From NCBI RefSeq assembly GCF_009914755.1, contig NC_060926.1: a stretch of DNA of 64,000 nucleotides. One strand, written 5' to 3'. Position numbers and translations under genes: made by a program. Source of the stretch: the human T2T-CHM13v2.0 reference genome, Homo sapiens. The first letter of the stretch is position 1. Every line of letters begins with the position of its first letter. The notes under the pieces were generated by a model. That model saw only the letters and a list, made by a program, of their open reading frames with translations, made no database searches and had not been told where the DNA came from. Positions 46,209 to 59,014 of this stretch are shown here, one piece after another.

Positions 46209-47434
46209 ATGGACAAATGGGATGTAACTAAACTAAGGAGCTCTGCAAAAGAAACTATCATCAGAACAAACAAACAACCTACAGAATGGAAGAAAATTTT
46301 TTGCAATCTATCCATCTGACAAAGATCTAATAATTAGAATCTACAAGGAACTTGAACAAATTTACAAGAAAAAAAAACAGCCCCATTAAAAAGTGGGCAA
46401 AGAACATGAACAGACACATGCCTCAAAAGAAGACATTTATGTGACCAACAATTATATGAAAAAGAAGTTCAACATCACTGATCATTAGAGAAATGCAAAT
46501 CAAAACCACATTGAGATACCATCTCACGCATCAGAATGACAATTATTAAAAAGTCAAGAAACAACAGATGCTGGCAAGGCTATGGAGAAATAGGAAAACT
46601 TTTACACTGTTGGTGGGAATGTAAATTAGTTCAATCATTGTGGAACAGAGTGAGGCAATTCCTCAAAGATCTAGAACCAGAAATACCATTTGACCCAGCA
46701 ATCTCATACTGGATATATACCCAAAGGGGTAAAAATCATTCTATTATAAAGATACATGCATGTGTATGTTGATTGCAGTACTATTCCCAATAGCAAAGAC
46801 ATGGAATCAACCCAAATGCCCATTATTGATAGACTGAATAAAGAAAATGTGGTACATATACACCATGAAATACTCTGCAGCCATAAAAAGGAATGAGATC
46901 ATGTTCTTTGCAGGGACATGGATGGAGCTGGAAACCATTATCCTCAGCAAACTAACACAGGAACAGAAAACCAAACACCACATGTTCTCATTTATAAGTA
47001 GGAGCTGAACAATGTGAACACAAAGACACATGGAGAGGAACAACACACACTGGGGCCTGTCAGGGTTGGGGTGGGCAAGGGAAGGGAGAGCATCAGGAAA
47101 AATAGCTAATGCGTGCTGGGCTTAATACCTAGGTGATGGGTTGATAGGTGCAACAAATCACCATGGCACACGTTTACCTATGTAACAAACCTGCACATCC
47201 TGCACATGTACCCTGGAACTTAAAATAAATTACAATTTATTATTTTTAAATTAAAAAAATTTAAAAAAAGAAAGAAATATCGAAGTCTGGAAAACACCAT
47301 AACCATGGCCATTCATAATAAACTAATTAAATATTGGCACACAGATCAAAACAACAAGAAAAAGAATATTGGAAATCATTTCCTAGACTATGGTTGCTCT
47401 CTCCAGTGACCACACCTTTCCAAAGCCAAAACAG

Positions 47435-47595
47435 AGAGGGAGAAAGGAAAAGGGAAAGGAAAGGAAAAGGAAAAGAGAAAGGGAAAGGGAAAGGGAAGGA
47501 AGGGAAAGGGAAGGAAAGGAAAGGAAAGGAAAGGAAAGGAAAGGAAAGGAAAGGAAAGGGAAGGAAAGGAAAGGAAAAGAAAAGAAAAGGAAAGG
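47435..47595. repeat. (GGAAA)n purine microsatellite
   Basis: Pentanucleotide run with variant units. Confidence 0.95.
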
Positions 47596-48419
47596 TTACA
47601 TGAACTTTTCAACTAGGTATGTAGTTTTAAGGTTAACGTTTTTTTGATTGCAAGGGAAGGGAAGGGGAAGGGGAAGGGGAAGGGGATATATGAACTCTTC
47701 AACTAGGCATGTAGTTTTAAGGTTAACATTTTTCTGATCCCCAGTGTTGTCTATTATCTCCAGTTTGCATTTTTCAGTCTTAGATTATTTGTGTAAAAGC
47801 ATTCAGTAGGCAATTCAGTAAATATGTGGCCTTTTGGTATGTGTATCACTACAAATGGGTGCAATAATGACTAGTTATGAGAAATTCAGCCACTCTGCGA
47901 TGCTGACCACAGTAATAGATTCCTTTCCAGGAATGTATGTAATCTTGCATCAAAAACATTGCTTTTTGACATGCATAAAATATAGTTTAATTTATAATAG
48001 TTTTATTAGTCATTGGATCTTTACTTATTTGTTCCAATACTTCCCAGGATAACAAATGTCACTTACATGTGTGATAAAAAAGAATCTAATTGAGACCCAT
48101 TCCCTAATCACATCCCCTGCAAACTATACTTTACTTATGATCTATTAATTAATAAAACTTTAGCGCCTTCATTTAAGTTGATGTTCCAATGGACATCTGA
48201 GAGTCTCTATTGGTAAATGGAATAGGGAGGGCTTGATGCGAGATGGATAATAAAATTGGTTTTCAAAAGATAGACCTAACTATATGAGATCTAGACAGCT
48301 GATGAGGGAAGAGTGGGTCTTAAGAGGGCAACATTACCTGTGACTGACTCCAAGTCACCAAATATTCTAATATAGTTTACAAGTTTCAGAAAATCACTTT
48401 GGAGTAGTAAATCAAACAA

Positions 48420-49545
48420 TTAGCAGTTGTGATATGAAAAAGAAAAAAGAAGTTGCTGAGAAAATAAACACAATGGGAATGGAAGTTGAGGACCTATTTT
48501 AGGTAGAATAGTAAGGACTACATTTTTGAAAAGGTAACATGTAGATTGAGACCAGAGGATTCAGTGGTGTCAGTCATGAGAGATGCAGGAGTGAGAGAGA
48601 AAATACATGGGCAAAGTCTCTGAGCCTGAGAAGAACTTGGTATAGTTGAAGAAGTAAAAGCAACCCAAAATGTCAGGAGCACAGTAAGCAAGAGGAAGAG
48701 GGAGCAAGGCTGGCATGGTCTTTTCATAACCTAAAAAGTTCTTTAATCCTAAAGACTGGATTGGAAAGGACAAAGAATAAATATAGGAAGGTGTTGCACT
48801 ATTCATAATGGGAGAGGATGCTGACCTAAAAAAGGTGCTATGGAACGAATATTTGTGCCCCCTCAAATTCACATGTTAAAACCTATTCCCCAGTGTGATG
48901 GTATTGCAGATGGGGACTTTGGTGATTTGATCACAAGGAGTCCTCATGAATGAAATAAGTATTCTTATAAAAGAGATCCCAGAGAGCTCCCCTGCCCTTT
49001 CCATCATGTGAAGACACAGCAAGAAGACAACAGTCAGTAATCCAGGAGGGGGCCCTGATCAGACACCAAATTTGCCAATGCCTTGATCTTGGACTTCCCA
49101 CTCTTCAGAACTGTAAGAAAATTTTTGTATTGTTTCTAGGCCACCAGTCTATGGTATTTTTATTATAGCGGTCTATATGGACTAAGACAGAAAAAAAAGT
49201 TAGCAAATAAAGCTGGTTATGTTGGAGACATGTTTGGGAGAAAGACTGAATAGGCTGAACTGATAGATTGGATGAGGGGTATAAGAGAAAGGGAGAGATC
49301 AAGGATGACACTTATATTTCTGGCTTGAGCAACTGAGTGGATGATGGAGGTAGATTACTAAAAGGGGAAAAACTATTAAAGTGGGTAGTGTTAATGGAAT
49401 GAAAATGTAGAGGGGAAAATCAAGAATCTTCAAATGTGTTGTATTTTGGGAACTGGTGCAACCTCCAGTGTGGCTGCTGGTAGACAATTTCATATGCAAG
49501 TCAGTAATTCAGAGGAAACGCTAGGGGTGGAAGTCAAAATCTCTT
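48420..49545 (-). mobile_element. L2 fragment split by an MST LTR
   Basis: GATTGGATGAGGGG...ATCAAGGATGAC...TCTGGCTTGAGCAACTG L2 motifs. Confidence 0.75.
48836..49189 (+). mobile_element. MSTD-like MaLR solo LTR
   Basis: TGCTATGG start, CCTTGATCTTGGACTTCCCA, GGACTAAGACA end. Confidence 0.85.
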
Positions 49546-49736
49546 CGGTCTTATGTCCAGACACACATTGCACACATGTGCAAGAGGACATGGAGGCTCT
49601 GTATTAAAAGGGTGATATTTGTAGGTGACTTTTTCTGCAATCAAAGCCATATGCTGACATTTTCAGACACTCCTTTCTTCTTCTCTCTATCCAATAGCAC
49701 TAAAACAATGAAGGTACATTTGCAAAGACCAGCTAT

Positions 49737-49850
49737 GCCTCTCTGTGTCTCTCCTCCCTCTCTCTCTCTGCCTCTTTCATTCTCTCCCTCATGTTCCCTT
49801 CCTCTTTCCCACTCCTCTTCTTGATTCCCCAGTTCCCTCCCCTCTACCTT
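49737..49850. repeat. CT-rich low-complexity tract
   Basis: Nearly pure pyrimidine strand. Confidence 0.7.
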
Positions 49851-50614
49851 CATTTGATTTATGTCTATGCATAGCTCAATAATAAAATCTGAATATTAGT
49901 TTTGAGCAATTTGCAAGTGAGCAGGCCTTACCCACCCATGGCCTGTTTCCATATGTAGCTATTAAACCTAACTGATTGAGGAAAAACGTGGCCACAACTA
50001 ACTAGAGTTCTCTATACTGTCATTGAGGACCCAAGACCAGCTAAGGACAAAATGTAACTTTCCTCCTATATGTCCTTTTAACTTGTGAATATAGCACCCC
50101 CTAGGAAAGGATGACTGTGATCTAGGGTAAATTCTAGATATACTGGATGACCCAATGTCAGCATCACTACCGATAAAGCTCAAATTTCTTCATTTAGTCT
50201 CATACTGTAACTGTCAGTTGGTTGCCTACTTTGCTAATTGACTTTCAGAATTTAATAATTAAGACATTCACTGTATATATAATATACTGTCCTTCTAGAC
50301 TGTACTCTTCTGATTCCCTTTAACTTGAAACAGATCCAGTCACCAGCTTCCAGGCTGCAGCACATCTCAGCTGTGGAGTTTTGTAAATGCTCTAGCAATT
50401 GAAGTGTATCTTCACTATTGAATGGCATCCCTCATCTGCAAAGTCATTTACAAACTTTACTGATCAAGCTGTACATTTCTGAGTTGGAATTTAATCTACA
50501 GAGCCCTTTGCAAAATGAGCAGAATCCTTTACTAATCATGGGCAATGGTAGAATTTATTCAGCCTGTGGTAATTTGCATTATTTGCTTATTACACCCTTT
50601 GGTTTCTGCTGCAG

Positions 50615-50674
50615 ACTGCTGTGTGTGCTGAGTTGCTGAAGCTGGGAAGTCACTCATCATATCCTACTCCCGAG
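50615..50674 (+). other. Candidate 60-nt exon in repeat-free DNA
   Basis: CCCTTTGGTTTCTGCTGCAG acceptor and GAG|GTAAGA donor; no transcript evidence available. Confidence 0.3.
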
Positions 50675-53600
50675 GTAAGAGCATTTTGGTTGTGGAAGAA
50701 ATGTCTTCTTAATGTGAAAATCTCACTGTTCATGCATGCACATATTCTCTATGTCCACATGATGCCATACTGTGAGTTCTGCCTGTACACCAACTCATAA
50801 AATTCTATGAAGGTATGATGTTCCAAAACATTAAACCAAAAGCAAACATTACTCCATTTAGCCACAGACACTGTATGGCTCCCCTCAGCCTAACACCGCA
50901 AACACTGTTTGCATTCGATGGTCCGTGTTCCCTAATGCTAATTAAATTGTTCCTATGCTACGTTTTACTGCTCTTACCCTAAAAAAAGTATTGTCAATTA
51001 ATTAAACAGTATGATATGTTTAATTATTTTAATCGACCGTACATGCCATTTTATGATTTCTTCTCCACAAAATATTTTATTCCAACTAAAACATAGAGAA
51101 TCAATGAGTCAAAACGCCATGAATTAAAGAAATGCAAGCACAAATTTTTATTTCTGGTTAGCAACCCTAGATAATCTGCAACAGAAAATTACGATACAAT
51201 GAATCGGAGCATTGTTTTAAAAAATAAACTGCACTGCCTTAAAACTCTGGAAAATGCATTATTTCATATGGCGAATGAATAAACTCTTGGAGGAAGGATT
51301 ATATTCACATCCATTAGTATCTGAACCAACATCTAGACTTGTCAGGAAGATCAATATACTTGGTTTGTGTTTGCATCACAGAATAGCAGGAGGGCTTTTA
51401 GCTGGATAATACCTAGAGTTTAATCCTGGTGTATCAGAAGATAAAGCACTCAATTGTCCAAGAGATTATAAAGCGTATGTATTAGTACCTTGTAGACATT
51501 AACAATATAGACATTAGACCAGATAAGAGAATATGTACAATCTTGAGCACAAAAATATAATACTGGGTGACTCATTTATGCTTGTTGAAGATTTTTCTCA
51601 AGAAAGCACATAAAAATGACTAAGGTTGCCTACAGTATGCAGGCAAGAAAATATATAGCCCAGTTATAAAGTCAGGAAATATGTTCTATATTAACAAATT
51701 CACTCCTCCATCCATAAATTGTATGCAAGGAAGATTAAATAATTCCAACATGACAGAACTTGTTAAAAATAAAAGGTATATAAATCTTCACCTTCTTTTT
51801 TAAACTAATCTCCACATTTGTCCGGGAAAGATCAGGACCAACAATAATTGCCCCATTTATGGCTCTCCTACATACGTTTCCAATTTGTCTACTGAGAAAT
51901 AAATGTTCTAGAAATCAAATCAAGTTATAAAAACTATTGAATATCACAATTGGATCCTTAAATGTTTTGAGGTCTGTAGCATCTAACAGACCTTTGGAAA
52001 ATCTATTTCTAAAAAGAACTTTTGAAGATTTTGATAAATGTATTTTTTGTTTTACTCTCATTTTGTTTTATTCCTGGGCAGATTTCTCTGGTTTTCAGGA
52101 CACCCCATTGATTTCAAAAGCTGCTTCACAGGGGCCTTCCTAGGAGTGTTCCAAGAATCTGGCAAATGTTAAGAAGAAAGGTTTTAATTTCAAAAATGTG
52201 ATTCAAATTATTTATGTTTAATCACTTTTATAAAATAATCATTGATATATTGTGGGGAATGAGATATTTCAGAAAAATTCAAAAGAACATTTGAAAAATG
52301 TGTGGCACCTTTTATTATTTAGTTGTTTTCTAGATAATTTTTACAGTGTACACCCCAGTGGGGACATGCTCACAAAATCTATCTCACTATTAGATTTTTG
52401 CCAGATACAATAGAGCAGAAAGACAGCTCAGATGGGATTGGACAGGCAGAGTAAAAACTGAAGCAAAACTATTCCAAGTTTAAAGATTTATTCACTTAGC
52501 ATTGAGTTCCTGCTGGGGAATAACTTGCTGATTTGCCTTGAAGTAACTACAGCTCGTCCTGAAATATGAACAACCTGCATGTCACTGGCCTATGTGACAG
52601 GCCTTTGCAGGACAATCTGTGAATGTTACAATAATCTATAGGGTTTTCTTTTTATGTAAGCACTCTCTCTAATTCCTTGAGGACTACCCAAGATGGTACT
52701 TAGCATTAAACTCAGGCCCTACTCCTTGGTTTCCTTTCTAGCCACTAACAAGAAGGACAAAGATGAGTGACAGCCCATGGGTTATACAGGCAAACTTACT
52801 TAAGCTAAGGTTGTAACCAGTAATTATTTATTAATTTAGACTAGGGGAGCATAAAATGGGGCCATGAGGGAAAAAACTGGGTGCTTGCTTAGGATGCTTT
52901 TGCATAAGAAGATTATCCCATCACCAACACAAAAAATATTGGGTGCCTTGGGGAGAGCTAGCCTGCTGCTTTACATGAAGAGCGTGTCCCTGGGAGATCT
53001 GGCACTAGCCAATGGGATCAAAAGAGAAATTCAGAACACAAGTGCTGGGAAATAGCCCAGCAGATGACAAACAACTAAAACTCTTGTGTGATAAGGTACT
53101 AATAGTCATGGCTGCATTAGGCTTGCCCTGTCAACTTTGCCCCCACAGCATGGCTTAGTAAAAGTGTTGAAAATTACAGCAGCCCCTCTATTTGAAAATA
53201 CCTGGCATAGGTCAGGAAAGACGGGGATATCTAGGCTGAAGATAATGCGTTTTACAGTGGGAAGTCTTGTAGTATGCATGATTTGATTCCTCTGACCCAT
53301 CATTTTAGAGTTGAAACTGATAAATTTGTTATCTTTTCATTGAGTGTCTTCTATTCGCTAGCAGTGAATCCTATAATCAATGATGTTATAGTATAAAACC
53401 ATTTTAAAGTATCATATTGTAGAATGGATCTTCTTCACCTGGGGTCCCTGAACTTGAATGAAAAGAAAAAAATACTGACATCCTTATTTTCACGAACCCT
53501 TAGCTAAAATTTCAAATATGAATGGAAAACAAGCCACATTTGTAGTAGCAGCACTTGTGACATAGTCAGCATTAGAAATAACAGGTATTTTTGTATCACA

Positions 53601-53684
53601 TTATCGTTTTCACAGATAACACATATAACCATTACTATTTTGAATTGGTGGTTATTAGACCTATTAGGAGATTATAGATAATCA

Positions 53685-54031
<347 letters not shown>

Positions 54032-54111
54032 TTATATTTTAATATAATTGTTTTAATCTTAGGTATTTTTTGTAAGTTTAAAAACATTACTCTAAGAAGG
54101 GGGCCCATGAG

Positions 54112-54589
54112 CATATTAGTTTTTAGGGCTGCCATAACAAAGTATCACAAACCGGGTGGCTTAAATGACAGAAATTTATCTCCCAGGTCTGGAGACTAGA
54201 AACCTTAGATCACAGTGTCAGCAAGATTGGTTCCATCTGAGAGCTGGGAGGAAAAAATCTGCCCTGTGCCTCTTCTCTGGCTTCTTGTGGTTTTCTAGCA
54301 ATATTTAGTACTCCCTGGCTTACAGAAGCATCATTCTAATCTCTATTACCATTCTGATCTCTGTCTGTACCTTACCTTCACCTGGTATCATCATTTGTAT
54401 GTGTGTCTGTCTCCAAACTTCCCCTTTTTGTAAAGACACTAGTATAATGGATTAGAGCCCATCCTAATGACCTCAATTTAGCTTTTATCTCCAGAAAGAT
54501 CATATCTCCAAATAAGGGCACATTCTGAGATGATGGAGATTAGGACTCTAAAATATCTTCTTGGGGGAATCATAATTCAACCCGTAATA
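54112..54589 (-). mobile_element. MLT1C-like MaLR solo LTR
   Basis: ATTAGTTTTTAGGGCTGCCATAACAAA...ATAATTCAACCCGTAATA; near-TSD ATGAG/ATAGG. Confidence 0.85.
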
Positions 54590-55159
54590 ATAGGCTTCAA
54601 CAGACTGCGAGAGCAACCCCTGTTACAAAAAAGGTTAAGAATCCTATTATAGAAGAATATTCAATGTAAGAAAATATTTTAATATATTCAAATGAGAAAA
54701 AATATATAAAAACCATAGTTTATAATATTATTTTTCTTATGCATATATATTTTTTCTTATAGTTCTTTCTTACATAAGAAAAAGGCCGGAAGACTATACA
54801 ACAAAAATATATATCAGCAAGTTTTCTTTGAAGGGTGAGATTGAGGACCAAGGAGATACGGGTGAGGTTTACTTTCTCCTTTGTGCTCTTCTGAAATTTT
54901 CAAATGTTCTTTATGTCAGCATTTCAAGTGGTCTGTATCTCTAAAAGAAGGTGTCACATAATAAAAATATCTTTAAAGGTTTTAGATGTGAAAGTATCTC
55001 CACTCTGTGAGCCTTAATTAAAACCTAAAATTCTACCTTAAATGGTTCCATCTCTTTAAATGCATTCTATCCTAAGTATTTGGAAAACGAATAACTTTTC
55101 TCCTCATGGTTTCCAAAAGGTAGGTTTTATTAAATACATAGAAAAAACTGTTACCATTG

Positions 55160-55531
55160 TGATATGGTTTGGCTCTGTGTCCACACCCAAATCTCATGTT
55201 GAATTATAATCCCCAGTGTTGGGGGAAATACCTGGCGGGAGGTGACTGGATCACCGGAGCAGAGTTCCCCCTTGCTGTTCTCGTGATAGTGAGTCCTCAC
55301 AAGAGCTGGTTGTTTGAAAGAGCATTTTCCCCTTTGCTCACTGTCTCTCTGCTGCCACCATGTGAAGACATGTTTGCTTTCCCCTTGCCCTTCTGCCATG
55401 ATTGTAAGTTTCCTGAGGCCTCCCCAGCCATGCCTCCTGTACAGCCTGTGGAACGGTGAGTCAATTAAACCAATTTTCTTTATAAATTACCTAGTCTCAG
55501 GTAGTTCTTTGCGGCAGTGTGAGAACGAACA
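55160..55531 (+). mobile_element. MSTA-like MaLR solo LTR
   Basis: TGATATGGTTTGGCTCTGTGTCC start; CCTCCTGTACAGCCTG; near-TSD CATTG/CAGTG. Confidence 0.88.
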
Positions 55532-56289
55532 CAGTGTGACTATAATTGCCACTGAGCCCTCTTACAAATAAAATGAGAAGTGTATACAATTTTCAATAAA
55601 ATTGAATATAAAAATATTTCATTTAAGTGCATGTATTCAGAAATAAATCTCAAGTAAAGTCAGTGAAGAAATAATATGAAGTTAAAAAAGTGTGAAAGAG
55701 ATGAGAAAACAGTAGTGATGAGTGAGGCCAGTACCTTCTGGATGTCTGAAGAATGGGAAAAGGAAAGCAATTGGCTGAATTGTGCCGATAGTTATCCAAA
55801 TCACCTATATATTATTTTTGCTTCAGAGACCTAACTATTGCATATACATAGTAAAAATAAAAAACCTGATCAGTTCAACCTTAAATAAAACAATTTTTAA
55901 CAATTAGTTGAATGATCATCCTTGAAATTTTCCCCTTGAGAAACTTCAGAGCATTGCCACAATTCTCTACTTCTCTTTGACAATTGTTACCCAATATCAA
56001 TGCATATGGAAAGACATTAGGTAGCATCTAAGGTATAATCCTATGCTATTATTTTAGATGAAAGAATACCAGAAATTAAAATGGAAAAGGATGGAAATAT
56101 AAAAGTTAGAGAGAAGGGTAAGATGAGGTCTACACAAGCAACAGCGAAGTGGATTGTTTCTCAGTAGACAAAGTCCTGGCTTTGGCACCTGGGCTAGAAT
56201 TCACTTTTAAGATGCTGGAAATGACCAGACATTCTGCTCTGCTCCCAGTCCTTTAGACACAAAGGCAATCAAGTGCAATGTTGACCACT

Positions 56290-56520
56290 GAGGCTTTTGT
56301 AGTCAGACTTTCTGGGATTAAAACCAAGCTCTGACCTGAGGTACTTGCTTTTTGTTAGTTGTTATTTATCTTCCCTGTATTTCAGTTTTCTGCTCTGCAA
56401 AACTTACACAATAGTAGCTACCACCAGGGATTATTATGCAGATCATTTGTTAGAAAAGATATGTAAAGCAATTGTCTTAATCTCTGAAAAATAAGTCCCT
56501 AAATAATTATTTTATTATTT
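56290..56520 (+). mobile_element. MIR
   Basis: GGCTTTTGTAGTCAGAC...TTTCAGTTTTCTGCTCTGCAAAA. Confidence 0.65.
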
Positions 56521-58268
56521 TATTAATAATAGTATTATTGTTACTACTATTGATTTTTTAACTCCCATCAGTTCTACATAGAGATTAAATTTTCATGATG
56601 GTTCACATAGTATAGACCCATCAAAGAACCACTGGGAAATTAAAATGTCAATGTCCTACATCTACTACTGCTCATGCATTTAAAACCAACTCCTTTTGCC
56701 CCTCTATACTTTAATTGTCAATACAGAGGTGCTTATTAACACTTCTGAAGCACATTGGTATTGTGTAGTGATCCCTGTCTCTCTCTTGCTGACTCAGATT
56801 CCTCTCTTGTCTTTACTTATCCTTTGTTCTCTCTAACTCAAAGACATCAAGAAAAAGAGAAATCTGGTTTCTAGTTCAGGCTTCAGCTTCTGAAGACTTG
56901 ATTTGTAGTAGGAATAGAAGCAGCATGTTTTTAACTTCTGATGACTCTTCATTTCAGAAAGCTGCTTTAAAAGATCTCAAGAGATCAATATCAGAAGTGA
57001 TGGCACTTATGGTTACATTATTGGTCAGAAAACAGGAGTTATCTGTTTGTGACCATAAATCTGAAACATAAACCAGCTGGTTAAAATCACAGATCACAAG
57101 CATGAGCTCTATGAAAAGGAATTTAAACAAAAATATTCTATAGCTTACCAAACATGTATTTTGCTTTATAATTTTCAAGGCATATTATAATACAGAAAAG
57201 AAATGTGAAAATACCATCTGCACAGCCACTATTTGGGGGAAATTCAATAATGCTATGAAGAAAAATTAATACACTGGCACATAAGCAAAGTAAATCAATC
57301 TAGATTTAAATAAGCAACATTCAAGATTCAAAACTATTTTAAATATTTCCAAAAGGAGGAAAAATCAAACATAAAACACATGCCTGTAGTGTTATTGGAA
57401 TAAGATTACTTGTAAGATATAAGATACCATAAGTTTTGCTCTTGTCATTGCACTGTTTTTCCCTGTCTACACAGTCAACATCACAATGGTGTGGCATGAG
57501 ATCACAACTCCCATTTACTTTAATAGTAGCTCTAAGGTGACAATAAGAATTCAAAATCCTGCTGTGTATTAAACTACTTTATGAGGATGAAATCAGTAAA
57601 TTCACAATATTAACATATGTTCAATACACAGGTGGAGTTTGTTAATTACATTGTGTATGCATTCTGACTTGGTTGGGTTTACTCTAAAAATCTTGGGGAA
57701 AATTACATATATGAAGACAGAGACAACAAAGTCACCATATGAGCTGTTGTCAATAAGGATTCTTATGTCTCTTTGAGGTTAAACATAATGTGGGTTTGCC
57801 TGCTACAGATATAAGTTGGTCTTTCGTTTTTTGTCTCACAAGCTAAGGGGTAAAATTCTCCATTTTTGTACATTTATGAGGTAGTTTTTTAGGAGCTCAA
57901 AGCAGTTCAAATTGAACAGTAACTATCTAATTTTGCATCTTCGTGTGTACCAATTATTACTGGAACTGGCAATAAAACTTTTGCTGAAAGCAATGTTATG
58001 CATCATGTTCTAAGCTGACTTTCTGGCACAGCATCACATGTACTATTGTAAAATAGTTTGTTCCAGTCAACCTCAGCTGGAGCTACGTGACAACATTTTG
58101 CAGAGGATGAGACTTAATTGCATGTAAATGTCATTTTTTAAAGATCCCAGAAACAAAGAAAAAAATCTGGATTCAAAAAAAATCTCATAATAACAAGTCA
58201 CTAGGAATGAGCCTTGGACCAGGAGACTGGATGAACTCTGAGATGTCATATCTTTAATTTGAAGAAAT

Positions 58269-58415
58269 TACAATGTTTGAGGTGATGGATATACCCATTC
58301 TGCATGATGTGTTTATTGTGCATTGCATGTCTGTATGAAAGCACCTCATGTACCCCTTTGAAATATATACACCTACTATGTACCCACAAAAATTAAAAAT
58401 ACAATTTAAAAAAAG
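58269..58415 (+). mobile_element. L1MA2/3-like 3' end
   Basis: GAGGTGATGGATATACCCATT...ACCTACTATGTACCCACAAAAATTAAAAAT. Confidence 0.85.
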
Positions 58416-58480
58416 AACCTACAAATATAATCCTAAATTCTTAAAACAAAAAACAAAGCAGACAATTTTCTTAGCTGATA

Positions 58481-59014
58481 TGCAGGGGTCTGTCCCGCAG
58501 ACCCTGACCCAACTATGGATGAATAACATACACTGACACAGATATTATGCTTCTCAGTCCAGCTGACGGTCTGGGCCACTTACAGGTTCCAAGGAGAGTG
58601 CTGCAAGGAGTTGCAGCCATGGCCCGACTAGCTGGCCCTGCCGGCATCTATTCAGCACACATTAAATGATAAAGGCTTTGAGTCAACACCATTAGAAGGT
58701 AATCAACCTGGTCATCTTCCCCCCTCCAACACGCCACCGCCATCCCCACCCCACCCCCTGCAGAGCCATCCTGCCTGCGAATGATCAAAGGTTAGTTTTA
58801 GGACCACATGAGTAAACAAGTTATTTAGATAAACTCCTCTACATTCCTATGTATCTACTCTAAGTTATTTACTCAAGGTAAAGATTAGGCTGCTTTCAGA
58901 CATAACCCTATCCTGAGACTTTTCAAAAACCTTCCGGCCTTCCAAGAAGATTTGTGTTTATATCCTACAACTTCATCGTAAATTTTTTCTCACCAGCCTG
59001 ACAGAACTCCCACA
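58481..59014 (-). mobile_element. LTR22 (HERV-K HML-5) solo LTR
   Basis: Reverse complement begins TGTGGGAGTTCTGTCAGGCTGGTGAGAAAA...TTCTTGGAAGGCCGGAAGG; perfect 6-bp TSD CTGATA, as expected for ERVK. Confidence 0.88.

Noticed and set aside
47334-47647. Lys/Arg/Glu-rich ORFs
   Set aside because: They are translations of the (GGAAA)n microsatellite.
47597-47738. CRISPR-like repeat-spacer arrangement
   Set aside because: There are only two diverged copies separated by a microsatellite, in eukaryotic DNA with no cas genes.
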